Assembly: GCA_030265395.1 (NCBI GenBank)
Contig: JARFYF010000002.1
Coordinates: forward strand, 31,316,599 to 31,380,598
Direction of reading: 5' to 3'
Origin: Rhina ancylostomus
Lineage: Eukaryota
Length of the DNA stretch: 64,000 nt
The notes under the pieces: generated by a model
Told to the model about the DNA's origin: nothing
The model's input: the letters and a program-made list of their open reading frames with translations, nothing else
The model's database searches: none
Shown here: positions 39,238 through 52,514 of the stretch, piece after piece
How the letters are laid out: each line of letters begins with the position of its first letter
How positions within the stretch are numbered: the stretch's first letter is position 1
Made by a program: the position numbers and the translations under genes

Positions 39238-39480
39238 ATGGAGACACGAGAGATTCTGCAGATCTGGAACCTGGAGCAACACACACAAAATGCTGGAGGA
39301 GCATAAACAAATGGAGGGAAGTAAACAGTCGACGTTTCTGGTTGAGACCCTTCATCAGGACTGGAAATGAAGAGGGCAGAAGCCAGAATAAAAAGGGAGG
39401 GGAGGAGCCCCAGCTGGCAGGTGATAGGTGAGTCCAGGTGAGATGGTGGAAGGTAGGTGAAAGGGAATGATGTGGGTATG
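39238..39480 (-). mobile_element. Penelope-derived non-autonomous terminal fragment
   Basis: Family signature plus hammerhead core. Confidence 0.8.
39326..39363 (-). ncRNA. Minimal type-I hammerhead ribozyme motif
   Basis: CAGUC-CUGAUGA-agggucucaacca-GAAA-C-GUC-GACUG: stem I 5 bp perfect, catalytic core intact, GUC cleavage triplet, stem II partly damaged. Confidence 0.7.
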
Positions 39481-39909
39481 ATGGACTGTATGTATCTCCC
39501 AAGCTGTCAACCTGATGGACAGTTCAGGCCACCATATGCAAGACTGCAGCAACGCTTGCAACTTCCTGTTTAAGTCACAGACCATTAACGATTAGGAAAT
39601 TCATCACCATTTTTTCAGCCTGGGACACCTAACCATGCAGCACTGTGGCACTGCTGTCAGCTCAGGACCCCAGCAGTTCAGGAAAGCAACAAATACACAT
39701 TAAATGCGGGCTGTGCAAGTGATGTCCACATCATGAAGTATTCAGAAAGATGGTGATAAAATCTGATTTGTTGTTTGTGGGGCAAATTCTGGAAGATCAG
39801 GAAATCATATTTGAAAAAATACTTTTTTCAATAAGACCATGTGGAATCAGAAAAATATATTGCGGCCATAAAGCACATATTGTAAAGAATTTTTAATAAG
39901 TTAAAGGCA

Positions 39910-40012
39910 TTTTGGTGACAGGTCATCAACCTGTGACATTAACTCTGTTCTCCCTCTTCAGATGCATTTTGACCTTCTGAGAATTTCCAGCATTTTCTGT
40001 TTTTATTTCAGT
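39910..40012 (+). mobile_element. Penelope-derived terminal fragment, decayed hammerhead
   Basis: tgacaggtcatcaacctgtgacattaactctgtt..gatgcattttgaccttctgagaatttccagcattttctgtttttatttcag. Confidence 0.65.
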
Positions 40013-40319
40013 ACCTGTGGTACATCTTCTTGGAAATTGGATCAGAAGATACACTAAGCACTAAGGACTCAAGAAAAAATTGAATAAAAGAAAACAAAAT
40101 CTATTTAATATTTCAAATATTTCATTAATTATCCTTGGAAATGGAAGATAATAATATTTCAAAAGGAGTGAGGCAGGAGCCTAGAAGACTATAATGTTTT
40201 AGGTTCACTGTTGCAATCACATTCATCCAAAGGTTACACAAACCAAAGACATTAATGAGTAATAGAGCATATCCTTAAGGAGATATCCTTGCAACCTCCT
40301 TGTTTGTTTATATCAACAA

Positions 40320-40630
40320 GCCAGACAGTATTTTTCCCAGGGTGACAATGGCTAACACGAGGGGCATAATTTTAAGGAGATTGGAGGAAGATATATGGGG
40401 GATGTTAGGGGTAAGTTTTTTAGACAGAGAGTGTTGGGTGCGTGGAACGCACTGCCGGCAGAGGTTGTGGGGGCAGTATCCATTAGGGACATTTAGATAG
40501 ACACATGAATGATAGAGAAATGGGGGGCTATGTGGGAGGGAAGGGTTAGATAGATATTAGAGCAGGATGAAATGTTGGCACAACATCATGGACCAAAGGG
40601 CCTGTACTGTGCTGTAATGTTCTATGTACT
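40320..40630 (+). mobile_element. CR1 LINE 3' fragment (same subfamily as 11679-12040)
   Basis: IFPRVTMANTRG..; 3' UTR very similar to 11900-12040. Confidence 0.85.
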
Positions 40631-41984
40631 TGTGGTATTAATTTTTCATATTGATGACCTTTCATTAGAACTAGAGTGTGTTTGATATTTATAGTCTTGG
40701 ATGTGGGAGAGGGAGTGGGTGGTGGGTGCAGGAGTGGGAGAATAGGAAAGGAGAAAAGGGGAGCTCAGAGATATGGTGGAAGGCAAGAATGGTTAAATCT
40801 TCAAAGGTAAGGTAATAAGCTGTATAAAGAAACAAAGACGGTTTTAGAAAAGGTGAAAATGGCAATAGATGAGTCAATATCGGTAATGTTTGGAAATTGA
40901 GGAGTAATAGGAAAAGGAAATTGCTTGGGAATAATCAAGCTATCAGTTCCATGCTTTCAGGAGAGGATATTGAATTGGAGAGGGCCGAAACAAATTTGGC
41001 ACCCAGGGACATCTTCAAATGCAGCTAAATCAAGCACAGCATGACCTTGCTCTATTGTGTTTCAAGAGTTTCTTTGACCATCCTGTCATCCATTCTTTTG
41101 CCTTAGAGGAAGACTCCATTCTGCATCATTGTAATTTTGCAGAAGCAAGCCTGGTGGATTCTCCAAAGGACCCAGCCAATTTATTACTGATATGTTGAAA
41201 CTGAAGCAAATTCCATGCTGTTAGTCAATGTCACTGGAAATTGGGTTGAGACTGGACATATCCATTTCATAAGGGAAGACTACATCCAGCAAGAGGTTTC
41301 TTTTATCCCATTAATCTGGGCTGAATCCCAGTGGAGAAAGCAGCATTTTAACCAATTTATCATTCATGGTCCCTCTGAGAATTATTGTTGTTAGGGTTGG
41401 GGGTTATAGAGGTATTAATAGCAGGAAGACAATTGGCTGGTAGCTGAGAAGGAATTCCATTGTCAAATAATCCAATATATGGACAAGATGGAACAAGTTT
41501 GAGGGCTAAATTGTCTTTGTCTTGCTCTCATCATCCTTTGGTTTCAATTCATTCTGATTAGATTTTATGAAGGAACAAAGAAATAATTTAGTCATGTGAT
41601 TCCTTGTATTGAGGAGATATTTGAGTTTTGATTGAGTGAACTGGATCCCTAATTAATGGAAAATTGTTGCAAGGTAACTGAGTTGTAACTGTCTTCAGAG
41701 ACTTTTATGTTTAGTTTGCATTGCATGTTACCTTCACTTTATGGGTTCTGTTGTTGCAATTCAGTAAATGTTTAACTCCTGTGCACCATGCTCTAGACAG
41801 GGCAAAGAAAGGACAGTGGTTGGACTACTTGCATAGAATGAAGCCTGCACCTGCCTGAACTCTTCAAATTATGTAAGTAGATTGGCCAACCATAAGAACA
41901 AGAGAGGTGAACTGTAATTATATTGAAAATATGTTAAAGAACATGTGAATGGAATAATGTTTTCCTAATATCAAAATTTTAATT

Positions 41985-42760
41985 GTACATCCACCCATTG
42001 CCTTTGATAGTACATGTCATTTCTTCAAAGAAATCCAATAACTTGGTCAAACATAATTTCCCTTTCTCAAAACCATGTTCTCTTTGTCTGATTATGTTGA
42101 ATTTCTGTCTTTAATGACAGCTTCTAACATTTTACCTATGACTGATGTTAATGACAACAAACATTAAACTAGCTGACTTGATCCTTCCTTCATCTTCCTG
42201 CTTTCTGTCTCCCTTATTTTTCAAATAAAGGGTTACAATTGCTATTTTCCCAGTCTAATGGAGCCTTCTCTGAATTCTGGAAATCCAAAACCAATGCATC
42301 AACTATCTCACTTGCCGCGACTTTCAAGATTCTCAAAATCTCAAGATTTTCAAGATCCATCAGGACACAAAGACTTGTCTATCTGCAGCTCCAACAATTT
42401 TGTCAGTATCACTTCCCAGTGATTGCAATTTTCTCAAGTTCTTTGCTCCCTTCCTGTTCTTGATTTACTACTATTTCTTGGAAGTTACTTGTATTCTCGA
42501 TAGTGAAGATTGAGGTGAGTATCTGTTTAATTCACCTAATATCTGGTTGTTTTCTACTTAACATTCCTAAAACTTCTTCTAGAGAACCAATATTCACTTT
42601 GTTAACTCATTTTTTAATCATCTACAGAAGATCCCACAATCCGTTTTTATATTTCTGTCTAACTTTATCCTATACTCCAGTTTTCCTTTCCTCATTAATC
42701 TTTTAGTCATCCTTTGCCGATTTTTTACATCCTGTCCAGTCCCATGACCTGCCACCCCTC
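41985..42760 (-). mobile_element. Old CR1 ORF2 fragment (upstream of and into RT)
   Basis: Minus strand IVTLYLKNKGDRKQ..QVS*..; HGFEKGKLCLTKLLDFFEEMT (HGFxKGxSCLTNLLEFFE). Confidence 0.7.
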
Positions 42761-43919
42761 TTTGAAGTGATGATCTTGTTGAATGATACTGCAGGTTCAA
42801 GAGGATGAATGGAAGATTCTGCTTCCATCTCATGTTCATGTGTTCTTGATGTTGGATTTTTCTAGTGTGTTTTCCCTTTAAGGTTAGAGTTGGCCTGGAA
42901 CAGTGATCACAGCATATTTTTCAGGATGAAAAATTATTCTATGTTTTTGCTGTATGTACTTGTTACAGTGCAGTCAGATTGGAGGGATATGAAAGTATAG
43001 AACAATTTCTGGTGGTACTCCTGGGAACAGGCATCAAGTGACAGGTCTCCCCATTCTATTTTTTTTCCTTCCTTTACAATTGTTTCACTTGTTTCCAGGT
43101 AGTAGGATGATGAATATATAAAAGAGTGCTGATCAATGGTCTGGTTTAACCAGATCTATGCAACTCCTGTTACATTTGAGCCCCTACTTCAAAATATATG
43201 CTTCCAGTTCTGTTCTGAGTAGCTGTTGCATTTTTATGTGAAGAAGTACTTAGCTTTCCTTCCATTAACCTATCATTGGGGTCTGGAATATAGAAAATAT
43301 ATATCCTTCTTACTGTTATATCATTACTTATAAATATACCAAGACCAATTGGTAATAGTGACTTCAGATAAGATTAATGGAGTTAAACTTTCTATCTTGC
43401 CCTCAAGTTGTATGTGTAACTGCAACCCTCCAGGATGGAAAACTTGAACAAGCATGATTTATAAATAGCTTCATATTTTGCTGTGGATTAATATGAACTC
43501 CAAAACTGCCATGTTATTTGGAGGCTGATATTCCTGGCCACCATTTATCACAGGATAAAAGAGTAGATTGAAACTGGGGGCTATTGTCAGAAACAAACTC
43601 TTCAGGTATGCTGTAACAAATGTACATTCAGTGATGTTACATGAAATGATTTTTTGAAATGATGATATCTATCTGTGCCTTCATGTGATATGGTAAAATA
43701 CCAGTTTTGGAAGGCTCTTTCTATCACTGTTGCTAAAGGCAAAGGAATGGTTTGGGTCACCTCACTGTCTATTCAGCCCCCTCTAAACATTCACTCCCTC
43801 CACCACCAAATGTGTGCCATCCACAAAATGCACTAGAGTTACTCCAATTAAAACTTCCTAGCCTGAGTCTGAATATTTACCACACTAAATATTCATTCCC
43901 TTCACCACCATTGTATTAC

Positions 43920-45345
43920 AGTTCAATCCACGTTCAGCAACAACTGATCAGTTTCAATAAATTGTCATTGCTTTTTTCCACAAAGGCCAACAAATGCTCT
44001 CTGAAAGGTTCTGATGGACTACGACCATGACAGCAAGGGAGTGTTTGGTGTTCTGTTTCTACAACATAACAGTTACTGCATTTGCTTACCAGTGATTTGA
44101 GGTCACTGTTTAAACAGGGCTAATTATATAAAACTTCTGGCATTTGTGTTCATACTGACTATTGATGTGTGTTTGTGAAGTTCACTTCATATCTTTTCTC
44201 TTAAGAAGTATCACTGCTCTATTACAACCCTTGATGCATCTGCTCAAATAATAATTCATTATGACATCTGGGAAATGTTTGCAGATCCTTATCTGTATAC
44301 TGGCCTAGTTTTGTTCATTCCTTCAATGCCTGTTTATAGCCACTTTTCAAAAGTCTTTCTGGAGTCTACAAGTTCAGATGCAGTTAATGGAAAGTTTTCA
44401 CTGGTCATATTCAACATGTTGATCATACTTTCACTTCCAACATGTGGCTGTGACAGAGCATCAGCAATGATATTCTGCTTGGAACTCATGTAACTGATTG
44501 TATATTACAGCACAAGTACAGAGTCTTTGATCCCCTGATAATGCCTTTGTACGTATCATTGATTTGAGACCTTATAGTGGCTTAAGATTTGTTACTAAAT
44601 TGAAAAAAGGATTTGCCTGGTATAGATGTGGAACTTCTGGATTCCAAACACTACTCCAAGTGCTTCAATTTATGCATAATTGCACTTGCTCTTTGTGAGC
44701 GTATGAGAAGAAAAACTGATGCGTTTCTCCTGCTCATATCAATCACAAGACTTAACACCATATCTTGATGCATCACAAGCCAACTTCAACGCACATATAG
44801 CATTCAGATGAACAAGTAAATCTTCACTTGCTGAGCTTTTCTTTCCTTTATTGCATGAAGTCCATATCCTTTTTCAATAGCTGATGCCATAGATTGAACA
44901 TTGTTGTAAGATCTGGAAGGAACCATAGGTAATACTGCAACATGTAGGGAGCAACACTAGCTCTACTTTCAGTCTTTGGCCTCCACTTTTCATTGGTTCT
45001 ACGCTCTTGGCATCAGCCTTCAAATCAAGGTACATTACTTGCTGTAAAAACAGGTATTTGCTGTACATCAAATTTACATTGTTCTTATGAAATCCCTTGA
45101 ACTCTTCTTCCAAAATCATTTTTGTACATGGTTACACATGCAATGATTCATTCCTTGCAAGATTTTATCCATCGTTGTATTAATGTAACATGGTACTAAA
45201 ATCTTGGGTGAAGATTTGTCTCTGTAGAATTGCCATGTAAATGTGTAAGGTCATTCTGTATGTGCTAATGGTCAGGTACATTTTTCAACATTCATTTACA
45301 CATAAGCATGGAGAAGCTCCAATTTTGTGAATACCATTGGTCCTG
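43920..45345 (-). pseudogene. Decayed Ty3/Gypsy pol (RT - RNase H - integrase N-terminus)
   Basis: Ordered motifs on the minus strand: AGPMVFTKLELLHAY, KMYLTISTYR, TMDKILQGM, NLMYSKYLFLQQVMYLD (RT); LKLACDASRYGV..RISFSSHTLTKSKCNYA*IEALGVVFGIQKFHIY, FNLVTNLKPL, NIIADALS (RNase H); ELHKHTSIVSMNTNARSFI, TPLLSWS*SIRTFQRAFV (IN). Many stops and frameshifts. Confidence 0.85.
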
Positions 45346-45354
45346 CTAATTTCT

Positions 45355-45482
45355 ACAGGCCCTTGAGTCCTGGCAATATTCTCACAAATCTTCTTTGCAT
45401 TATTTCCATCTTAATGACATCCTTCCTAAAACAGGGTGACTAAAACTTGTACACAATACTCCAAATGCGTCCTCACCAATGC
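45355..45482 (-). mobile_element. Short CR1 fragment
   Basis: LVRTHLEYCVQ..SPCFRKDVIKMEIMQRRFVRILPGLKGL. Confidence 0.8.
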
Positions 45483-46113
45483 ATAATGTCTGGGGACACC
45501 TGGATTTTCCCTCATTATTCTGCAATTTACTTACAAGCATTTATGTTAACTTGTATTCTTTTTTCTTTTTCTTTGTGAGTCTTTATAGAACATTATAGAT
45601 CTTGCATATCTCTTTAATGTCCTGGAAGATTTGCTTCTCTATCTCCCTGTCACTAGTTGGTGGCCTATTGAACACTCTCAGAAGTGTGAATAAACCCTTT
45701 TTGCTTCTAACTCTAATCAAATGGATTCTGTCATTGTCACTTTAAAGATATTCTCTATTTCCAAAACCAAAAATTCTTCATTAATCAGCATTACCACTTC
45801 ACCTCCCTTTTACCCCTCCCTGCTTTTCTGCACAGTCAGTAATAGGTTTCAACTTCAGCTATCTGTCGTATGGCAAATGTCATTGAACATCTTCCTCTCT
45901 GCATAAAATCAGATATTTTGGGTGGAAACTTTGGTAAAGTTCCAGTCTAAGGGAATTGCGTTTCTGACTTAAATCAAACGCACCATATTTACAACCCTTC
46001 ATTTCATGAAGCATTACATGCTAAATTCCAGCTGAAGTGCCCATCCCCAGAGGGTGCTTGTATGTAAATAGCAGAATAATGAGGGAAAATCCTGGTGTCC
46101 CCAGACATTATGC
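45481..46113. repeat. 59-bp inverted repeat (45481-45539 / 46055-46113)
   Basis: 56/59 identity between the left arm and the reverse complement of the right arm. Confidence 0.9.
45560..45835 (-). mobile_element. CR1 APE endonuclease fragment
   Basis: GGEVVMLINEE..ESI*LEL..VFNRPPTSDREIEKQIFQDIKEIC (GGGV..ESIW..YRPP). Confidence 0.7.
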
Positions 46114-48464
46114 TATTTATAACAGGTCACTGCTTCTCCTCCAGTGTACGTGTGTTAAAGGCAGAGAAAATATTTCTCTTAATGTGGCAGATTTAAATGT
46201 GCAAGAATTCTGAATTAATGGTGAGAAAAATTGAAACTGAGTTTTTATTTCTCCTAATGGGACCGTAGGGAAGCAGCAGAATGGACATTCACAGCAATGG
46301 CAGTAATTTAGAGATCAGTCTGCTAATCTCCAGTCAGTACTGAAGCCAAAGAGGTCACAGTTTCATGGCAATTTCTGTAAACGGAGTCATCTGAATCAAT
46401 AATTCCATCACTCATTCCATTATCAAGTTATTTGCTAACCAGACGAGTTGGAGGACCTATAAGATGTTGGTACCAGTCATTTAGTGAGTTTTGAGCTTAG
46501 TTCTTTATTTTTAAGAGTTGTTAATCCAGAAACTGGGAGAATGGCAGGAAGGTTTGCCATCACCAGTGCAGGAAACCTCTTCCTTCAGCAGTTTGATTTT
46601 TGCTCCAGGAAACTTCTTCAATGATCTGATTATTGTTGTGGTGAAGGTAAACTTACTTAATTTTTTTCCAATCTAAAGTTGTGATCTGATACTACTGGAA
46701 AGCAAACACTTTTTAATCTCTTTGTTTGCTGCTGTCCAGTGGCAGTAATATGGAAATGATTGTTGAAAGGCTCATGACTGGCTTTTAATAAGAAATAAAA
46801 ACAGAAAAAGAAAGGGTCTTTGATCTGACTCATTCCTCATTCCACAGAGGCTGATTTCTTCCAGCATTTCTGTTTTTGTTTCACATTCTGGCATCCGCAA
46901 TTTTATTTGTTTTCCTTTTATGAGAAATGTTGGATGAAATTCTTAATTTTCACATTTAAGGGCTGTCGGTCTCGCTGGCAAAGCCAACCCTGATTGCAGG
47001 CAAGGCCAGCCACTGAGTGTCTTGCTTGGCCAATTCAGTAAGCAGTCACATTGATGAGGGCCTGGAGTCGAGCACTGGCCAGACAATTTCAGGACATTCG
47101 TGATCCAGTTTGGTTTTTATGACAATCTGGTGGTTTCTTGGTCATTACTGATGTTACCTGTTTAGTCCAGATTATTTAATTAGATGAATTTAAACTTTCC
47201 AGCTGTGTAGTGACTGCTAGACCAGAAATTGAACTACAATGTTCATGTATCTCTAATCCTCAGTTAATTCTCTCTACATGTAATGGAGTGTTTAATGCTT
47301 ACCTGGAAATCTGCAGCAGTAGCTCAAACAGTAGTAATATTGTTTTCAGTACTAGGCTGTCTCCACCCATGAGACATCAAGAGATTTAAATTTCCCCTCA
47401 ATTAACGAAAGGCTACTTCAAAGTCTGATATTGAAGGTTTTGAGTTGTCCCAATTTTACACTGGCCTATTCTATATTCTACTCTTTTTAACATTAATGAT
47501 CTTACACACTCTTCATGTCATAAATGTCTAAAGCATTACTATATATCTGCTTTTAGGGTTTAAATATCTTATAATTCATTCTTGTAAAAGTATATCTTAG
47601 CACAATCTTCAAAAAAGTAATCAGATTCAACAGTTTTGTTTCATTATTGCAGAGGGTCTTTGTTCAGAAACAAGGAAGAGCTCACCAGAAATGATTTGCT
47701 CAATGGGATCCAGGCATTGTTTATTGCTGGGTGATAAACTGGATTTCAATTCAACAACTTCTAGTGCATTGCATTTACTATTACCCAGTTCATTTGCAGA
47801 ATATAAATCATTGGTGTAGAATTACCATGAGATTTTTCTGATCTCCTGCTGTCACTTCAGTGGAATAATGACAAAGGCCCTGGAGAAGCAACAAAATGTT
47901 TTACCCATTTATACTCACTCTCTGGAGGAATTCATCAAACTTCTATCAAAGTTTTAATAAGAGATTGGAAGAGTCTTTTCCAATTCTGTCTAATCAAATA
48001 TCCAACAGAAGGGCCAAGGCACGCAGTTGAAATTTATATTTGAGTGGCAGGTCTATCTGGATTCTAAAATTTCTTGCTTTAGTCATATTTTGAAAAGTAT
48101 TTCTCAGCATACCTTGTCCCCATTGAACATTCCATGTGAAGCCATTAGAGAGTGTAGATCAACTGGAGAAACATGCATGGATAATCAGCAACAAACTGTC
48201 ACATAAAGATTAATATTTAACAGCCTCAACTTGTCAGGTCCACACTGCAGTTGAGCAGATGTGTCTGCTTTCTGAGGTCAGTTACTTTCCACTCTCTGAG
48301 ATTAGCTTGTCTGTAACTAGGGTTGATCCACAATATTTTCTTTTGTTCACATACTCAGTTATGGTTTAATTAATCTCTCGCAGTTTATAGCCAAAGTTAC
48401 AACCAAATGAAATGTTTATTTTACCTTCTTTAAAAGTTGATGATCATCTGAGGTCCTGTGATAG

Positions 48465-49285
48465 AAGTATCAGAGTGAATATAGGAGGTATGATTGGTAA
48501 CTTTTCAGATGACGTGAAACTTGGTGGTGTTATGTATAGTGAGGAAGGCTACAGCAGGATATAGTTGAGATGAAATGTTGGTTGGAGTGTTAGCAGATGG
48601 AATTTAGTCCTGACAAGTGTGTGATGATGCATTTTAGGAAGTCAAATAAGGGTAGGACATATATAGTAAGTGGATGGGTGTTTGGGAATGTGATGAACAA
48701 AGGGACTTTGGGGTTCAAGTCCAGAGCTCCCTGAAGGTGACAACTTTCAGAGGAGATAGTGATTAAGAAGGCAGATGGCATGCTTGTCCTTAAAGGCCAG
48801 GGCAAAGATTATAATAGTTGGGACGTTCTGTAGCAACTTTACAAAGCACTGGAGTATCGTGTGCAGATCAAGTCATCAGACTATGGGAAAGATGTGGTTG
48901 CACTGGAGAGAGTGTAGAGGAGATTCACCAGGATCTTGCCTGGTCTGGAGCACTTTAGTTATGGAGAGACTGGATAGGCTGGGTTTGTTTTCACTGGAGT
49001 GGAGTGGCTGTGGGTGATCTGATGAGGTATATAAAATTATCAGAGGCACAGATTGGGCTGATAGTCAGAATCTTTTTCCTGAGGTCGGGATATTAAAAAC
49101 TGAAGAGCATAGGTTTAAGATGAGAGGAAGGAGTTTTAAAAGGGATTTGATTGGGAAGAGTGTGGTTGATATATGGAACTTGATGACAGATGAGGTGATG
49201 GAGTCAGACACAATCACAACATTTCAGGGATATTTGGACAGACACTTAAATAGGCAAGGTGTAAAAGGATATGGACCAAATGTAG
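48465..49285 (+). mobile_element. CR1 LINE RT-to-3' fragment
   Basis: GNFSDDVKLGGV..QMEFSPDKCVMMHFR..ALERV*RRFTRILPG..ERLDRLGLFSLE..FQGYLDRHLN. Confidence 0.85.
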
Positions 49286-50289
49286 ACAATGTTTTCGTCC
49301 ATATATTTTGTGGTTGCTATTTACCACGTGTTTCCCATTTTTTTTATCTTTATTACTCAGTTCAGGGTCAAGAACTGGTTGTTTCCCTGCTGGAGCTGCA
49401 CAATAATGGAGGTTAAATGTATTGACCAGGAACTGGGCATGATCTGTGGAACATGAAACCAAGGGATTTCAGAATCGAGAAACTTAGAGGACTATCTTCA
49501 TTTGGCTCTTCATCATCACCACCAGATATACAGTGAGCTTTGATGTTAAATATGTTTATTGTTATTCACATGTTTTTATGTTTATGGTTATTATTCAGTT
49601 CAATATTCAATGCAATAATTGAAATTTCGATTTCTGTCACTTACAAATTATCATCATGGGACAAAACAGAAGAATCATGCTAAGTCACAACTGGGAATAA
49701 ATGATGACCAAATTCTGTCAGTATGAAACTTAGAATTTAAGATTAGTTTTCTGTGGATGGCTGAACTTTAATCACTTTTTGTGATTCTGATTCTAATTCT
49801 GAAACTTTTGGTTGAGCTTTACCTTTTTATCTAAATTAATAAAATTCAGTGCAGAAAAATATATTTTTGCTTCTTCATCACTACTTTGCTGCTTCATTCT
49901 TTCCTTGGTCTTGTAGTAATGAGAAGTGATAATAAACCATACCTATTGTTGGAGAACAGTGGTCACACAATTATCTAATAAATGCATTATATTGCTCCAG
50001 AATAAAACTTGTAACAGAGATTGGCAAAAGTCTTGCTGCTGTGAGGCCTAGCAGTGAATAAAAGGAAGGCAAGCTCTTTTTGAAAGGAACAGATCATCAT
50101 TAAAACTGTTAACAGCTCAAGAAAAGCTTTGGAAATATGCTTAGTGGGTAGAAGGTTAAAGGGAATCGTCCATGGATATTGAGAAGATTTTTGTAACTTG
50201 AACTGCAGTTGCATTCCAATACTAACTATTTGCATTGTACAAAAATGACTTTTTTTTTATTATGGGCCTCATAAATATTTTGAAGTAGA

Positions 50290-50640
50290 TAAAAAAACAT
50301 TGGAGTAAAGGAAGGTGGATGTGCTATTTAGTTCTTTGACTCTATTCCTCTATTCATTGTGACCAAACTCCTTTGTCACATTTTCCTTAATTCCTTTAGT
50401 TAACAAAAATATATCAATCTCAGATTTCAAAATTTGGTGTTTTCAATTCAATTCCAAATTTGGTGTTTAGAACTCTTTTCTGATCACTCTGTCTCTAATA
50501 TTTAGACCATGTCCCTTCATTCTTGATTACCCAGACCACAGAAATTCCTTCCTATCTATCCTATTGGTTCCCCTTAAAAATATCTTGATAACTTTGCTTA
50601 ATTTAACACCTAACCTTCTGAATTCCATGGAATCTAATCC
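50290..50640 (-). mobile_element. Old CR1 3' fragment
   Basis: Minus strand MEFRRLGVKLSKVIKIFL; tail similar to other CR1 copies. Confidence 0.6.
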
Positions 50641-52514
50641 TGTGGGTTTTAAATGTGGGATGTGTATTCTTTACAAAATGTGGGGAAGGGGCATCTGTTG
50701 CTTGAATCTCCAGAAAATATTTATCTTTGACATGTGCGTGTTGAAAGACAAAATTGTGCAACCCAATTTATGGTCCTAAAAAGGACACAATGGCCTGAGC
50801 CAAGTATCCATGAGAGAGTTGGCCACTGCTAAATCAGTCAGGGCTTTTTTTTTATGTGAGCTTGGCAGCTTCTGGAAATGAGGGGATTAGTGATCAAATG
50901 GAGTGAACTCAGCTTATGCCAGGATTGATAAACTGTTCATCTCATTGAAAGTTGAGAATTGCAATGCCTGACTTGTGGACCAAGGAGATGGTTACATAAA
51001 TTAATTATCAGTGTGACTTGAAGGTTGGATCAGGGTATCAGGGACAGGGATAAAGAAGCAATAGACTGCTAGATGTTGGTGTAAGCGTCATGATTGAGTG
51101 TGTGGAGTCAGGAGACAAGTCTTTGTGGTGCCTGAGGATCAGTAATGTGATTGAGCTGGGTTATGTTGAGGAAGGGTGGGGGGATCCAGGAGACATGGAA
51201 TAAGAGGTAAGGGCTTAACTTAAATGGTTCCAGTCACTGGACTCCATAGCATTGACTTGAGTGGATGTGTCGCCTCCAAGTCTTGTTGGAGCATGTCTTA
51301 AAAGATAGAGAAGGCCTCCTTCTGCTTGAGGGGCCATGCTTGTGTTTAGCAGAGGTGTTGTTCAATTGCTGCACTGTGCAATAGAGTTTCGCGAACAATG
51401 ATTTTTTTTGGGAATGGTGAATGACAGCAGTAACCTGAGAGAATTCAGCTAAATGGAGTTACTATGCAACAGCAACATTTGTGGGAAAGTCCCTATCATA
51501 GAAATGAAACTTGGCATACAACTACATAATACTTGGTTAAAGCCAGAGGTTGTAAATACATACCACAGGGATACAAGTCAAAGTGGATTGGCTCCAGAAT
51601 TACAGGCAAATTGATGTGTATTTCATGGTGCTGAATTTGACAGACTATGCAATAGCTCTTATTTTGATTGCATCCACAGGGATAGGCAGCAAGTGAAAGG
51701 TCAGCCAATGTGCTCATGCATGTATTCTTTAAGTACCTCTTCTGAGAGTTGAAGCAAAATAATATTGTCCTAAAATTTACATGTGGCAGAAATGGTATTG
51801 TACACCTCAAGGCAAAATATGAGCATGTGCAGCTTGAAAATAATATCCAGTAAGCAGATGACAAATGAGGCAAATTCAAAGCAGTTACTCAGTGGCAGTA
51901 GGGCTTCTGCCCCCTAGCATTGTTAAGTATAACTGCTTATGGAGAAATGTCAACGTATGCACAGTTATGATATTTGGGTACTTTACAAAATGAACCAAAA
52001 TTGAGTAAGCAAAGATTTGGATACGACTTGTGCTGCAAAAAAAATTGCTTTATGTCTTTTTCAGATTAATCAACAATATGAATTAAAATGGCAGAAATTA
52101 AGCAAGTGAATTAAATCTTTTCCTTTGGGCTGCATTGAGGCCATGGTTAGAATCTTTTGGGTCTTCACTGTGATTTTTGATGTTTTCTGTGCGAGGTGGG
52201 GAGGTTAAATAAGGTGACAGATAAATCATAGTCTGCTTTGTCCCTGCTTCCCTCCAATTCCACAGTACTAATTCTGACTCAATGGGATTGAAACTGTAGG
52301 GGAATGGGATAGAGCAAAGTGTTGTGGACCGTGCTATAGGATTGAGCACAAAGTTTCTTTAGTGACAGGTTATAAATCAAATTATAACTACATTCAGATT
52401 TGTGGAAATGGGAAAATATATAGAAATATGTTCAGCATCATAAATATCCATGCCCACGGAATAGGTTGTAAGGAGTGAGCTCCTGAATGGTGAGCTGCCA
52501 GGAAGCAGTGGGGA

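Noticed and set aside
51745-51850. Open stretch ELKQNNIVLKFTCGRNGIVHLKAKYEHVQLENNI ending at CA|GTAAGC
   Set aside because: Weak GAG acceptor and no recognisable family; compatible with chance
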